Shown piece after piece: positions 48,723 to 62,571 of a DNA stretch of 64,000 nucleotides; positions within the stretch are counted from its first letter, which is position 1; the number at the start of each line of letters is the position of its first letter. The stretch is from Sphagnum compactum (Eukaryota), in NCBI GenBank assembly GCA_965153455.1, contig OZ234493.1, positions 5,642,001-5,706,000 of the forward strand, read 5' to 3'. The position numbers were made by a program, and so were the translations under genes. Below the pieces are notes generated by a model. It did no database searches and was not told the origin of the DNA. It saw only the letters and a program-made list of their open reading frames with translations.

Positions 48723-51700
48723 CAGAATTTTGCTAAGTTTTGAGAACTGCCCAACGAGGGTTTTGAGAACTCACCCAACGAGGGTTTTTTTTTTTTTTTT
48801 TTTTAAATGTAAGAATTGAAAAAAAAATTCCCCAAAAATTAGCAAAAAAACATAAGGAGGTTATTGAACTTGCCATTATAATACAATAAACCTCTTTATT
48901 TGATTTATTTGATATATTATAATTAAAATTCCAATTAACTTATTTATAACATATAGAACAACTTATATTACTTAAGAAAAATTAAAATTGAAAATAAATC
49001 ACAAATTTAAAAAGAAGGAAATGGAATGAAATGAATTTTTTAAATTAAAAATTGACCCAAAATAAATCTGAAATAAATAAAGTGTTAAATTATTGAAATG
49101 CTTTTTCTAGTTGTGATTGAAGATCATTAGGTCCCAACATCAAGTGGTTGTAGAACCAAGTGAATGGGGTGGGGCATGGCCCAATAGAGAAGGACAAAAG
49201 AAGAAAACAAAGGAACAAAGCAAACATGTCAGATGAGGCGGAGAAGGGCATTCTGTATTATTGTTGGGTGGGTACATCAATTTTAATATACCAGCCAGGT
49301 GAGGGTTAAAACCATTTTTTTTAATTTTTTATTTAAAAAAATAAAATTATATGTATATATATTTATATGCATATAATTTCCCCCAAAAAATCATATTCCA
49401 TGTACAAGTATGGCACATTGATAAGTGGGGAAATTCAATTTGTTGCACAATTGATAGTGGAAAAATCAACACATGACATTGAAAACATCATGAGCAAAAA
49501 AACCTAACAAAAGAGAAACCATTCATTCAACACCTTCAATAAGAATAATACATTAAGGTCACTTGGTAGTAGATTCTAAAACTAAGGTATAAGAGTCTTA
49601 CTTAGGGTATATTTGATGCAATCGACAAAGATGATCAAACCCCTAAACCCTAAACCTTGGTTCGTTACCATAATCAAAACCAAATCCATCACAAGTAATC
49701 CATCACAAGTGCAATGGTGAAAATATGAAAATGTGTTTAAAGCTATAGGATGGATGATGATATTTCATATTCGATTTTTTTTTTTAAACCTTCATCAATA
49801 ATTTTTTCATCAATTTTGGTGGTAAACTAAGTTTCATTCTGTCTTTCCTTTTTCCTCAGCGCTTCCATGGCTGCTGCTACATATTATATTTTCACTGCTG
49901 CTCCTACGTGTACAACTACTATAATTACTCTTCGAACCTTGTGCATTAAATGCTGAGTTTCAGGATTCCGGACCTCGATTTAATAAAATTTCCTTACTTG
50001 AGGTATTGAAAACACTCCTTCGTATCCCAACTACCTATCCTATTGAGTGCACACTTGAGTAGTTGTTTGTTTGGTGGTGTGGAGGGGAAAAATTCTCTCT
50101 CACAAAACCCTAAAAAGCTTGCCAACTTTATGCTTTGAATGGAGTGATGAAATTCATCAATAACTTAGTAGCCTAGTATGTAGCAAGTTTCAGAATTGCA
50201 AGAAAAAAGATCCTCTTGAAGGTCATCATCTGCAATATAACTATGGCCCGAGTGAACCAACCCACCATGAAGGATGGACGGTGCACCATGATGGATGGAC
50301 GGTGCATCCCATTGATAACCACCAATTCCGGGACCCAGCACTCACCATTGCACCCTTGGGCAATAATCATTGGTTACGCATAAGGGTAGGTTCTCAAATA
50401 ACCAAATTAATAATCACCTGTTCTCGTGCCATTTATTCACCGGTTATATGGTTATATATATATATCTATATGTATTTGGTATTCGTGTTTAAAGATTGAT
50501 AACCTACTTGGATCCAAGTAGGTTATTAAAAAATTGGAAATTCAATACCATGTGGTTATCAATTTGATCAGTTTTTTATAAAAAAAAAGCAATCACCGGT
50601 TGGTAGGTTATTGATAACTGGGTTGATAACCGGCTCAAACTCAATAACCGGCCAACACTAGTAACTACTTATGGAAGTGGGTAGGTAGGAGATGTAAGTA
50701 GGTAGTTGATGTAAATGGTTACTATGTATATGGGTCAGGCACTTGATACGTACTGGGTAGGTAGATACTAGATACCTTGTGGATGGTTGGTATGGTACAT
50801 AGCTAACCATTGTGGTTAGTTAGCTATGGACATGATTATACAATGGTTAGCTATGGACATGATTACAATAAAAAAAAGTGAGTCATGTCCACCTACCATC
50901 CATCTTTCATGGTGATTATCATAGCATCATTTATTTATTACCTGCCTACTAACAACCTAGTAGTGACCTATTTTCCTACCTACCTACCTGTAGATAAGAC
51001 CTACTTCTTACAACATGGGTCACCGAGGTGAAACCAAATATTTAACTATGGTGAGGTTCATCCACAACTGAGTCATAATGGGCATCCCAATGGGTATCAC
51101 GGGGAACAAAAAATTTACCCGTGCCAACATATGGTAACACCCTCAACGGGTTTTCTTAAGTACTCTAATGTAAAAATGTGCCATCATTTTTCTCAATGTA
51201 ATTGGAGGGTCCCTAACATGGAAGAATAGGTACTTCACATATTTATTTATTTATTGATTAATTCCTAAGAATTATTGCCTTTGGACCAGTGTTGTGTAGT
51301 TATTTGAATTTTTAAAGAATTGTCAGCTCTAGTTTTTTAATTATTTGCTTTCTTTTCTATCTTTAAAAAAATAAAAATCATGTTGCAATATTTCCCTATT
51401 GGTTTCGGTTTGGTAACAAATTTTTAAATGTTTAAATAGGTTCCTAGAACACGTAATCATTTAATGTGAGATCCCTTTTGGGTTCCTCATAACTAATGTA
51501 ATGTAAAAATAAAATGAAAAATAAAATAAAATCATGATTTTTTTCTCTTACAACATCATGATGTACATTTAAATAGATTTTTAAAAATTTTCCCCTAGCT
51601 ATGACCAATTTAACATAAATATCAATCGTTGATATTAAATTGATGGCAAGGCCATTGTGTATAAGTATAACACACACTTGTTCCTATTTGTAATATCCAT

Positions 51701-51910
51701 CCCAACTTTGGTTTGTACATTGTGTTCCTTTATGCAAGTCTTTTTTTCCATGACTTGATCTAGGAACAAGATAAGTTGAGCCCTAAAATCAAAGTAGTCC
51801 TTATTATTTCTTGACCTAGGGGCTCAAACCCATGAAGAACCATGCACCAATTCATTAACATTCACAATCGCTACTTAAATAGTGATGATAAAACATAATT
51901 GATTTTTTTA

Positions 51911-52106
51911 TGCTCCTTGTATCTAGAAAGCTACAACTTCACCTTCAAGCACATTGCATTTGAGCTAATGTTGTTATTTTCATTTTGCAAGTAACATGAA
52001 TGTCGTGCTGCTCCTTGTATCTAGAAAGCTACAACTTCACCTTCAAGCATATTGCATTTGAGCTAATGTTGTTATTTTCATTTTGCAAGTAACATGAATG
52101 TCGTGC
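51911..52106. repeat. 98-bp near-perfect tandem duplication
   Basis: TGCTCCTTGTATCTAGAAAGC...GAATGTCGTGC at 51911-52008 and 52009-52106, with one mismatch seen (CAC/CAT). Confidence 0.95.
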
Positions 52107-55100
52107 TTCACATTCTTAGTAATCGTGGAAGGAGGATTAGGGAATAAGTTGGATGTGACTCATGGAGATCTTGGAGTCTATGAGTTGATGTGGTTCATCG
52201 AGATCTTGGAATGCATGAGCACGTCCAACAACAACAAAATGGCATGTGCATTGTACTTTGGATGAAGTTTCATGGCTTTCAAATAGCATGAAAATGGGTT
52301 AACCCAATGTTATTTGGTTCTTGATTTTAAAAGGAACCTTCGATCCTAGTTTGAAACTTCTTAGTTTTTTATGGAACCTCGAGTCTAAACCTAAGATTAG
52401 TTTTTTGGCTTTTTAAAACTTGTAATTCTAGTCTTTTTCTTAACAAAATTGGAGTCTAGTTTGATTTTAAATAAGTTTAGTTCTATTACACACAATAAAG
52501 TATAACATAATCTAGATACCTTGGAGCCTAACATGGGGCCTAGACTTAAACCTAAAGCTACTTAAAATTAAGAAATTCCAATGGACTAGTTTTGTTCACT
52601 TCTTGATTTTGAAAAGAACTTTCAATTTGTAGGGTTTTTTTTTTGAGGGGGGGGGGGGGATAAAACCTATAATGTGGTGTTGAAAACATTTTTTGTGGAT
52701 TTGTTAAACCTTTGATTTTGGAGACTTCCCCAAAATTGGAACTTGAAGTGGTGACACAACTTCTTTTTTTCATTTTTTTGGTGATGCAACATGCATTCAA
52801 CATGATCATCATAATTTATCTTATGAGATTTGCTCAAAGTTGAATTGCCACGACCTAAAAGACAAGGCATGATTGTTAAACATTAGATAAACCTTGTACT
52901 TATATGGCAAAAAAAACTTGGATTTGTTTTGAAAGGGACAACAACCCAATCTATTTTTGGTTTCAATTTTAACAATAGACAATTTTACAATCTATATCAA
53001 ATTTGGTTTCAACAAAATTTGAAATCTCTAGTTTGAATACTTGAAAACCTAACCTAATTCACCTAGACCTAAATTGGGCAACACTAGCTTGGACCAATGT
53101 TAAGTTATTGAAGATTCTTTGATTTTGCTAAGAACCTTTGGTTTTGGGGTTTTTTTAATAAAAAATCAAACCTTTAAAGTTTTGATTTTTTTTTAAAATC
53201 AAATAATTCAAAACCTATCCTTTCCAATTTTTGAAATTTGTTTAGAAACAAAAAAACCATCAATCCTAAGTTTTTGAATTTTTTCCAAAGAACTAACAAT
53301 TTTCATGAAAATTTTGACAATTGAGGGTAGGCTCTTTAACCCAATTATTTGATTTTTAAAAAACCCCTATTGAAGGTCAAAATGATTATATGATTTTTTG
53401 GAATCCTTAATCAAGGTTTATAACCAATTCTTTGATTTTGAAAATCATTGGTAAAAGGTATACTCTTACACACCAATTCTAGGTTACAAATAATGAGAAC
53501 TTTTCAACATTGATTTGGACATTTGGACATATAAATTTGCAAATGGTACAATGGTTTCCACAAGGCCAAGTTTAAAATATTATTGCTTTTGATTGGTCGG
53601 CCATAATGATTGGCCCAAGTGATGACATTTAAACAATCTTTCAATTTTTGTTGTCCATTTTTTCATGTTCAATTATGAATGGGGCAAGGGCATCTCCACC
53701 GATGCCCTACACATTATTTTTTAGATGTTGAAGAATAATGAAATTTACACTAGTTTGGGTTAATAATGTCTCTGTGTTAATACATGTGCATATAATCCAT
53801 TTGTGATGGTATAATCATTTTTTTTTATTCACTAAATCAAATGATTGATCCATGTTGGTTTATTTAAATAGTCTCCCACCTTTTATTGTTTTCGTTTTCA
53901 TGTGTTATGTGTGAGGGTTGGGAAACAATAAGTAATCCATCTTCCATGTGAGAAACAATGTTGGAGGCCCAAATAAAAGGTATGGGTGGGGCTATTACAA
54001 AGGAAACAATTCATATTTTATGCTAGATGTGATAAACAATAATAACGGCCCAAATATGGGGGTGTGGGTGGACCTCTATTCTAACACCAAGAAATATATG
54101 AATGTTAATGAATTGACTTATGGAAATGATTAAATTATCTAAAGACAAACTTTGCATTTTGTATGTGTATTTTTAAGTAGATTGCAAGGTTGATCCTTCT
54201 TCTTTGCAAATGAACTTGAAGGTTATCCATATATAGTTTGAACATAATTTTGTTAAAGGGGTAGATGTAAACTATGGTGGCTCATTTTTTGCAATTTATG
54301 GACTTGTTGCAAAGTGTACTCTATTCAAATGTCATAAACTCATAGTAAAATCATCAATTTGACAAGAATATTTATTGAGGTGTGAAATTCAATAAACATA
54401 CATCAATCATATAATAATAGACTTTTAAAGTGAACATATGGACTATAATCTAGGTTTTGCATTAACATTCAAATGCATTTTTAATTTTGATTTCATCTCA
54501 ATATTTTTTATAGGGATTTTATATATGATCACAATGGAAAAAATATATGGATTGAAAAAATTATAACAAAAACTTTAACTAACAAATAACTATGGACTTT
54601 TGAATCATCAGATTTGGACTTTATTTTCAAAAGTTCCTATCTTGGTCATTTTTATTGGATTTATATTTTTTTTCTCCCTAACATGTATGTCAAAAAGTTG
54701 TCTAAATGGGTAGCCTTTCCTATGGACTTTATTATTTAATTAATCACCACATAGGGCCCACTTAACATTGGTTTTTAACTATTTCATCCATTTTAATGTT
54801 AAATTTTGGACTTGTGGGACTGGGATTTTTGTTCCTTTTGAGCCACCCTAACTTGCATCTACCCAAAGGTGCAAAATTGAACCCAAATTCCATTTTTTTG
54901 GTGATGCCATTTGAAATTAAAAAATTATAGTTTAATTGTTTTGTAATTTATTAAAGACAATTTTCAAATTCTAGTTGAACATGATTTCAAAATAGTTGAA
55001 TTTTCATTTCTTGCATTGCATTAACTTAATGTAAGACAACATTCATATTTCACACATATAACTCCATTTATTAATGACACATTTAGGTATTTTTGAACCC

Positions 55101-58100
55101 AAGTGCAATTCTAAAATTCCCACATGTGTTGCACTTAATTTCTTATTGATCATTTATGCAAAAGGCCTTCACATATGACGTATGTACTAGAAAACATGAT
55201 AGGAAAGGTAAATTTTGCTAGCTAAGCCTTTAAGGTGAAAAAATTAAGGGCACACCTAACTAAATTTGTTATTCACAACCTTTTTTTAATTGTCAAAAGC
55301 TAGGGAACTCTATGAGGGAAGAATAGATGAATCAACATTGCTATGGAATCGATGACAAATACCAATCCAAGGAAACATGAATAGAATTCCTCTATTTTCA
55401 TTGTCTAGTAAAGAGTGAGTCAACTAGTAGGGTTTATTTTTTCTCCTAACAAGTCAATGCAAACCCCATTACAATGAGCCTATAAACATTCTAAGAGTAG
55501 GAATTGACCATATATAGTTGGAACCAATTGTAATTGATTCATTATTTGGTGTTAAAAGTAAGGGATTGAAAATAAAGGTAGGTATTTGTGCAAAATTTAT
55601 ATGGTTAACCAATTTGGCGACCACAAATGTTGAATGGGTCACTAAGATAGATTTAACACAATTATACACACTAAAAATTTGTGTTAAAGAATGTGTCTAA
55701 CTTTAACTATTGGAAATGTTTTTGTTCATAATGGGTATGTGAACATGTTAATAAAAGGCAAATCCCCATTCATATAACCCTAGATATTGAATCCACTTAT
55801 TTCACATCTAGTTTATATATTATTATCAACAATAAGATGAATTTTTTTGGAGTCAAGCATGCAAAGTTTACTACATGTCATGTACCAACTAGTTCAAATT
55901 GGCTAGTTGTCATCCTCAAATGTTGCTTCAATGTAGAATCACAAATTAATGAATCAAATGTGCACCTTGAAAGTTTTAATAGGGAGTCTTGATTTTTTAC
56001 AAATAGGTTTCCACATGGTAGTGCAAGATTGACCAAAATGTATTTAAATAATGTTTAAATTGTCCTAAAACAGTTCTAAAATGGTAAATTAAACATTAGT
56101 TACAATGTTTAAAAATAAGTTTGAGCATTTTACACTTATTGGATTACTTTCAAATTCATCCACATGCTACATCAAAATATTAAAAACATTGTAGTATAAA
56201 TGTACTAAACATTCATGAGATGTAGGAATTAAACAAAATATCTCAAATATGTACAAGAATTTGAAATCATGTAAACTAAACACTAATTACACTTCCTATG
56301 ATTCATTAATTCATGATGTACCCTTCAATTGTGGTTGGAATTAGTACTTGAGGAGCTCAATTTACTAAAACCAACAATGTGCATGTTGTAAAAAAAAAAC
56401 CCAATTTTTTTTTAATGCCCTTGAATTAACTTAGAAGACACAAATGTTACATATGAATTGATGGTTTTAACCATCCCATGTTGTGTTTTAGATAAATATA
56501 TCTTATTTCATTATGATGGCAACAAAATGCAAATCTTGTACAAAAACCCAATGACATCAAATAATTGTCTTTCATAAGTAGTGAAAACTTTTCCATACAA
56601 GCAATTTAAGAAGAATTTAGGTCAACTTGAATAGAATTGAAAGATGATCCCATAGTATTGTTACAATTTTTATTTATTTTTGATAATATGTATTGATGAT
56701 CATGGTGAAGAAAAAAGTTTAAAAACGAAACAAACAATTGATGAAAATTGGTTACATAATAAAAAGCTAAGTACAAACATTTCAAGTTAGTTTCAACAAC
56801 ATGTATGATGCTAACTTTTGGAGCTCCCATGCCTTATTCTCTTTTTAAAGTTAAAGAACACCTCATGTTTGCATTTCGTTGTAAAATTGGGAATCGACAA
56901 GGTTTTTGCCCATAGAAACCACTTTCCAACCCTAGGGTTATGTCTCAATCTAGTGCTTGTAAAAGGAATTGAATTCCCCAAATGATTGTTTTTAATGGGT
57001 TGGTTATAATGATTGGGTCATATGGTTAGTTACATCTTTAGAAAAATTCACCTTATATTATTTCATTTTGCATGTTTATGGGATTGGAAAACAAGCAATA
57101 CATTACATTGCATGTGATAATTATTGTTAGAGGCCCAAATGAAGGATATGGGTGAAATTATTCATAGAACATATCCAACCACACCCATTGTGTGGGCCTC
57201 TAACAATGTCTACCACACATTTAATGGTGTCTATCACATTTAAAATAATGTGCAAGTTATTTCCCCATCCCCACCCATAAACATGAAATATTATAGGAAA
57301 GCTTAGACAATCAATTAAATGCGACCACATTGGGCTAATAATTATGACACATCAATTGAAGCAAATCATATTTCTTACAAGGCTTTGAGGATTGTGCATA
57401 TTTGCAACTCCAAGTTTAAATTTCACATTATTTCTATAAATTGGAACTTCATCCAAACTATTATTTGTAGGCCATTCTATAATTAATGTTGACGAAAAAA
57501 AATTTAAACTAAAGAAATCATTTTGAACATTACTTATAAAATATCTCCACCAATGTAGTTAATATTTCCCACATTTCAATTTAGTGTTAATGTTTTTCCT
57601 TCCCCTACCCATAAACAATAAATTTTGAACAATATACAATAAGGAACAAAAGTGCCACATATAAGCCAATCATTGTGACCACCCCATCAATAGTGGTCAA
57701 TGTGTAACTAATGAATGTGGCTAGCCAATAAAGAAGTAGTCATTGTTCATGTATATTTGTTTCCCACCATTGTGGCATTTCATATAAAATTCAGCATACA
57801 AGCCATTATATTAATCTTGGTGGAAATTGTTTTACACCAAAATCTTTTAATTTATACATCTTATACCAAATAGCTCCCACACAACCAACATTTTGATTAA
57901 ATGTCATATGAAACATTCTATGCTTTTCATTTAGGTCAAGATATAATGGTGGCCCAAGTCAACCAATAACCACATAAAACAACTAAGGGATGGATGGTGG
58001 CTGGATGGAAACATTTTTTCATTTGGTTCCAATTTTTTATGGAGCCATGTTAATTAGTTTTACTACCTACCTACTGAAGACCCACTTAACTTTTAATTAT

Positions 58101-59804
58101 ATATATACAATCTTCGTGCATCTACTTTTTGTAGTATTTAGTCACCTATTGTCCTAACACTAGAAAAAATAAAATCTTTTGTATCTAGTCTTATGCACCT
58201 AAAGGTGTATTATGCAATTAAAAAATAGCTAGTGGTCATGGTTAGTGTTGGTGGGTTTTTGTTTTTAGAAAAGTTATTTGATTTAGGTTTATATTTTTTT
58301 TGTAAAATGAAAGACATTTCTGTTTAAGTCTAGGGAATATTTTCAAAAATTAAAATTGATCAATTCCAAGGCTAGGTTGAATTTTTTAAACCAATGTTTT
58401 TGTGTTTGATAGGTCCAAGCTTCATAAGACCTATAATTCCAGGTTCAACACACGGCCAATTTTAGCTTAAATGCGGGGATGGTTTCAAGGTTAATTATAT
58501 TGTGACCCTAGCCTTGGGCTCATGGCCAAGTCTAACACAACAAAAAGGGAGTGGGTTGGGAAAATGTTCCAATACTTATGTTTTCAAAAGTGTGGGAGAA
58601 TGAATCCCAAACCCAAGTGGTTTTTCCCACTTTGGGCATTAAAATCCTATGAAGGCTTGAATTTTGGGGACAAGAATGTAAATAGTAAACTTAATCCAAA
58701 TTGAATCCCCAATATACCATTGGAAAGGTTTTGAACAAAATAAATTGAAAGTGAGCTTACATCTTCCATTTGGAATTTTGAGCTCAAATTTATGGCCAAA
58801 AGAAGGTCCAAAGTCAAATTAGGAATTAACTTCTAGCCACAAAAACTCAAGAAACGAGGCTCAAATGACTTCCAAATTGAACATGTGATGTGGAGTTAGA
58901 AGGTATTTTCAAGGGCATGACTTTGATTTTGAAAGCTCTTCAATTGAAGCTTATATGTGAGAGTTATGAGCTTGTAAAGTTGTGTAAAGATGTGAGATTC
59001 ATAACTTTGACAAAACAAAGTCACATGTTTTTTTGTCATTTTGATGCAAGCCCCACCATTGTTCACATAATATATTGTAAGAGAAGAAGTGGTGGCTCCT
59101 TTCCAAGTGTAGGCTATGGTGAGTCTTGTGAAAGTTGTTGGATGTCGTTCATTTGTGCACCACTTTGGTTCCAACTTGCACTAACTACTTCTTTTCTCGG
59201 TTTGTGCAAGTTAATCACACGTTGAACTCCTACTGTGAATTCATCCTAGTCTTCTTTTGGAGCTCTTGATTTGTTTTTTTTTCAGAGTTAAGGAATGTGC
59301 ATTTTGCTACACATTTGGGAATTGGTAGGTTCTTTTACCCTTGATACCACTTGATAATAAACCTTGACGTGCATTAGGTTCCATCATCAATGTGGGAATG
59401 GTTTCAAGGTGAAATTCAAGTTTATGAACTTCCATGTAATTATTTTTCCTTTTTCTATTCCTACCCATATTTAAATTTCCCATTTTTTCTTTCATTCATC
59501 ACTTATCCTATCCTTTTCTCTATACCCCCTTTCCTCCTTCACCATCCCAATTTGCCCCTCCATAAAATTCTAGTGTTGGTTAATTCATGGTTAACAACTA
59601 AGGACCATTGGGTCCAAGTCTAAAATGATTTGTAAAATTGAAAACCTTCTATTAAAGGTGAAGCATTTTGAAACTCTTTTCACAAAGATCTTCAAGTTTA
59701 ATGAGAAAATTGGTGGTTCAATGAAGGTTTCTTGGCCAGTTATTTGATTTTTTTGGAACTTTAATTACAAGTCAAAATTTTAATTTTTAGAATATTAAAC
59801 CTTT

Positions 59805-60410
59805 TGTTATCACAAGCATTAAGTAATAAAAGAAGTTTCTAGAAAGATCTTAAGGAATATGTTTAGAAATTTCTAGAAGATATAAAAGTAATGAATTTTC
59901 TTAGAAATTTATAAGAAGATGTATTTAATAAAAGCTTCTAAAAGATGAAGTTTTTAGAAAAATAGTTATTAGAAGTTTTAAAAAGATGTAATTAGTGAAA
60001 TTTTTTAGAAGATGAAGTTGACATAAGTTTGTAAAAGATATTATCAACAAAAACTTTTAGAATAGGTGGTTAGTGAAAGGTTTTATAATATGTGGTCAAC
60101 ACAAATTTCTATAAGGTTATGTAATAGAAGCATATAGAAGGTTTAGTTAACAAATCTTTTTAAATAGTTAACGAACTTTTAAATTGTTCCATTCAATAAT
60201 ATAAATAAATAGTCTCAAGGGCACCACCTTTCAATGTCGCTAGTGCAAATTATGGCCCTTGTACTTTTAATTAATCTAATGTTTAATTTGCTTCATGTCT
60301 TATTCAAATGATGAAGTCATCTTATTTTTATTCATTATTGAGTTCCTTGTTTGTCAAATTCATATAGTCTTTTCAAAATTATATCATTGTTTTGTTTTTG
60401 ATACTCACAT
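59805..60410 (+). mobile_element. Candidate solo/decayed LTR with an array of TTCTAGAA-type heat-shock-element repeats
   Basis: Starts TGTTA at 59805. Perfect aGAAgtTTCtaGAAa (59831-59845) and aGAAatTTCtaGAAg (59865-59879) plus many decayed variants, then a TATA-like tract about 60200. 3' end and TSD not resolved. Confidence 0.4.
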
Positions 60411-62274
60411 ACTAATTTTTTCTTTTAAAAAAAAAATGCCCCTAACCCAACATTAGTTTATAATTTACACCTTAAAGACTTAAGAAGATTGAAACCAAAT
60501 TAAATATGACTAGCAACATTTACCTTCCAAAACAAAAAATCTTTGCAGGGAAAATTTAGTTTTATAAGACAAAAAAATCATAATCATGGAAATTTAATTA
60601 AAATCATTGTTGTTGGGTCTACAAACTTAAGAATTTAAAAACCTTAAACCTTATCTAAACATAGGAGGTTAGCCTTCATGTAAACCTATTTAATGCAAAC
60701 ATATTGATAGGAGTCAAAACAAGTGTAACCAATGTTTAAATATCAAAAAATGTAATAATGTTGAATGTCACTCAAAAGCACTCATGGAAATGTTTAAAAT
60801 ATATCATGAAAACATGTGTTATGATTTGCAATGATATAAATGCTAATAGAATATTCTAAATCATTCATTTAACATTGTAGATTTTTTTTTTAATAGAACA
60901 TCTTTTAAACATAACATATTTTGAAGGAGGCTCATTAAACATATATTTACATAATAATATATTGCAACATTCTTGTAGGTCAAATTTGATTTTTTCAACT
61001 TTCAAAGAAAATGTTTTTTAATATTTTGAGAATATTCCAAAATGAACAATCATCTAAAGATACAACCTTGATTTGTATTATCATGTTTGGACCAATGATT
61101 TGGACCTTTAAAAATATATATATATCATAAGGTTTAGTTTTTCAACAAATCTTCAACACATATTTGGATTTGGACTTAAACCCAAATCTAGCCATAAACC
61201 TAAACTTTAGTCCTAACCTATTTACGCACCTACCCACAAGGCCTATTTTTAAGGTATAGGGTATAGGGTTTAGGGTTTAATGTCAACTCAATTTGGGGTT
61301 TATACAATATTGAATCAGAACAAACTAACAACTGCAATTAACTAAAGAATTTAAAACATGATGAAAACATGTTTACTATCCACCCACTATTTATTCCTTC
61401 GTGGTATGGTAGTGCCTATTGATTCACTTGGGGTAATAATGGGGCCAAGTTTTATGGAATCTTTTACAACGACTCCATTAATGTTGTGCATAATATTTTT
61501 TGGATGAAGTATAGTCAAGTTTATGCTAATATGGGATAATAATTTGACTTTGGGTCAATATATGTGCATAAGATCCAAGGCATTGCAAAATATAATAATA
61601 CCGTAGTACCTTTTTAGGTTCAACAAAAATTACATTATTTTTTAAATGCTAATTTTTAAAAAACATTATCATTTATTAAAGCCAAAATTCCATAGGATTC
61701 TTGATTATTAAAAACAAATCTCTTTTGCCACTAAACAGCCTTTAATGAACTCTATCCGACACCTTTTATGGGCTTAACAATGTAGCCCTATGGAGAATTG
61801 CGTTGTTCTACTGCATGGTTTTTTAAAAAAATTCCCTTTTTGACTTTGTGTATGTAATAAATGTAAAATATAAACCCTAATTTTCAAGAATAAACCCTAA
61901 TAAACCCTTTTGTTGTCATATTTGTTAGAGTTGAGGTTCAATAGGCTTAAGTCACAAAATACACTCCCACCCACTACAACTTAGATGACATGGTAAGATT
62001 AACTTAGTTTTGAGATTAATTGAGGTTGTAGATAGTGGTTATTTTTCAACAAATTTTGTTGTTTTTTGACCAAAAATTTCAGAATAAAAAAAGATAGTGT
62101 AAATTCAACTCTTCTTTTTGAAATTTCATTTTTTGGTGGAAAGTTTGAGTTTTCTATATCACAAAATTGCAAAGAATAGAAAAAAAAAACATCCTTGGTT
62201 TTAGATTAGCATCCAAAATAGGTTTATTCACAACTAATAACTCCTTGAACTATTCATATGGAAGGTGGAAACCG

Positions 62275-62571
62275 GTGTTGAGCAATTATTTGAATTTCTA
62301 AAGAATCCTGGTTCTAGCTTTAAAAAGAAAATTCATAATAGAAGAATCATTGGTCTTAGTTATTTCAAAAACCGTAGAAAATTGGTAGTTTTCACGAAAG
62401 AAATTATAAAGAACTAATAGTTTTGTAGGCAACTTTTTTTTCAAACTTTTTGAAGACAATGGTTAAATACTAAAATAAGTTCTTTGATTTTTTGAGAGCC
62501 ATGGATATGAATCCTAAGAACCACCGTGATACCACAAAGGTATGTTCCTCTTTGTGAGAAATGCTTAACAC
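62275..62571. mobile_element. MITE-like element with short terminal inverted repeats
   Basis: GTGTTGAGCA (62275-62284) ... TGCTTAACAC (62562-62571) around an AT-rich non-coding interior. Similar termini occur at about 51288 (CAGTGTTG) and 53095-53512 (CAATGTT...AACATTG). Confidence 0.5.

Noticed and set aside
61255-61280. Interstitial telomere repeat (TTTAGGG-like; also about 49636-49655)
   Set aside because: Only two or three imperfect units, which is common in plant intergenic DNA.
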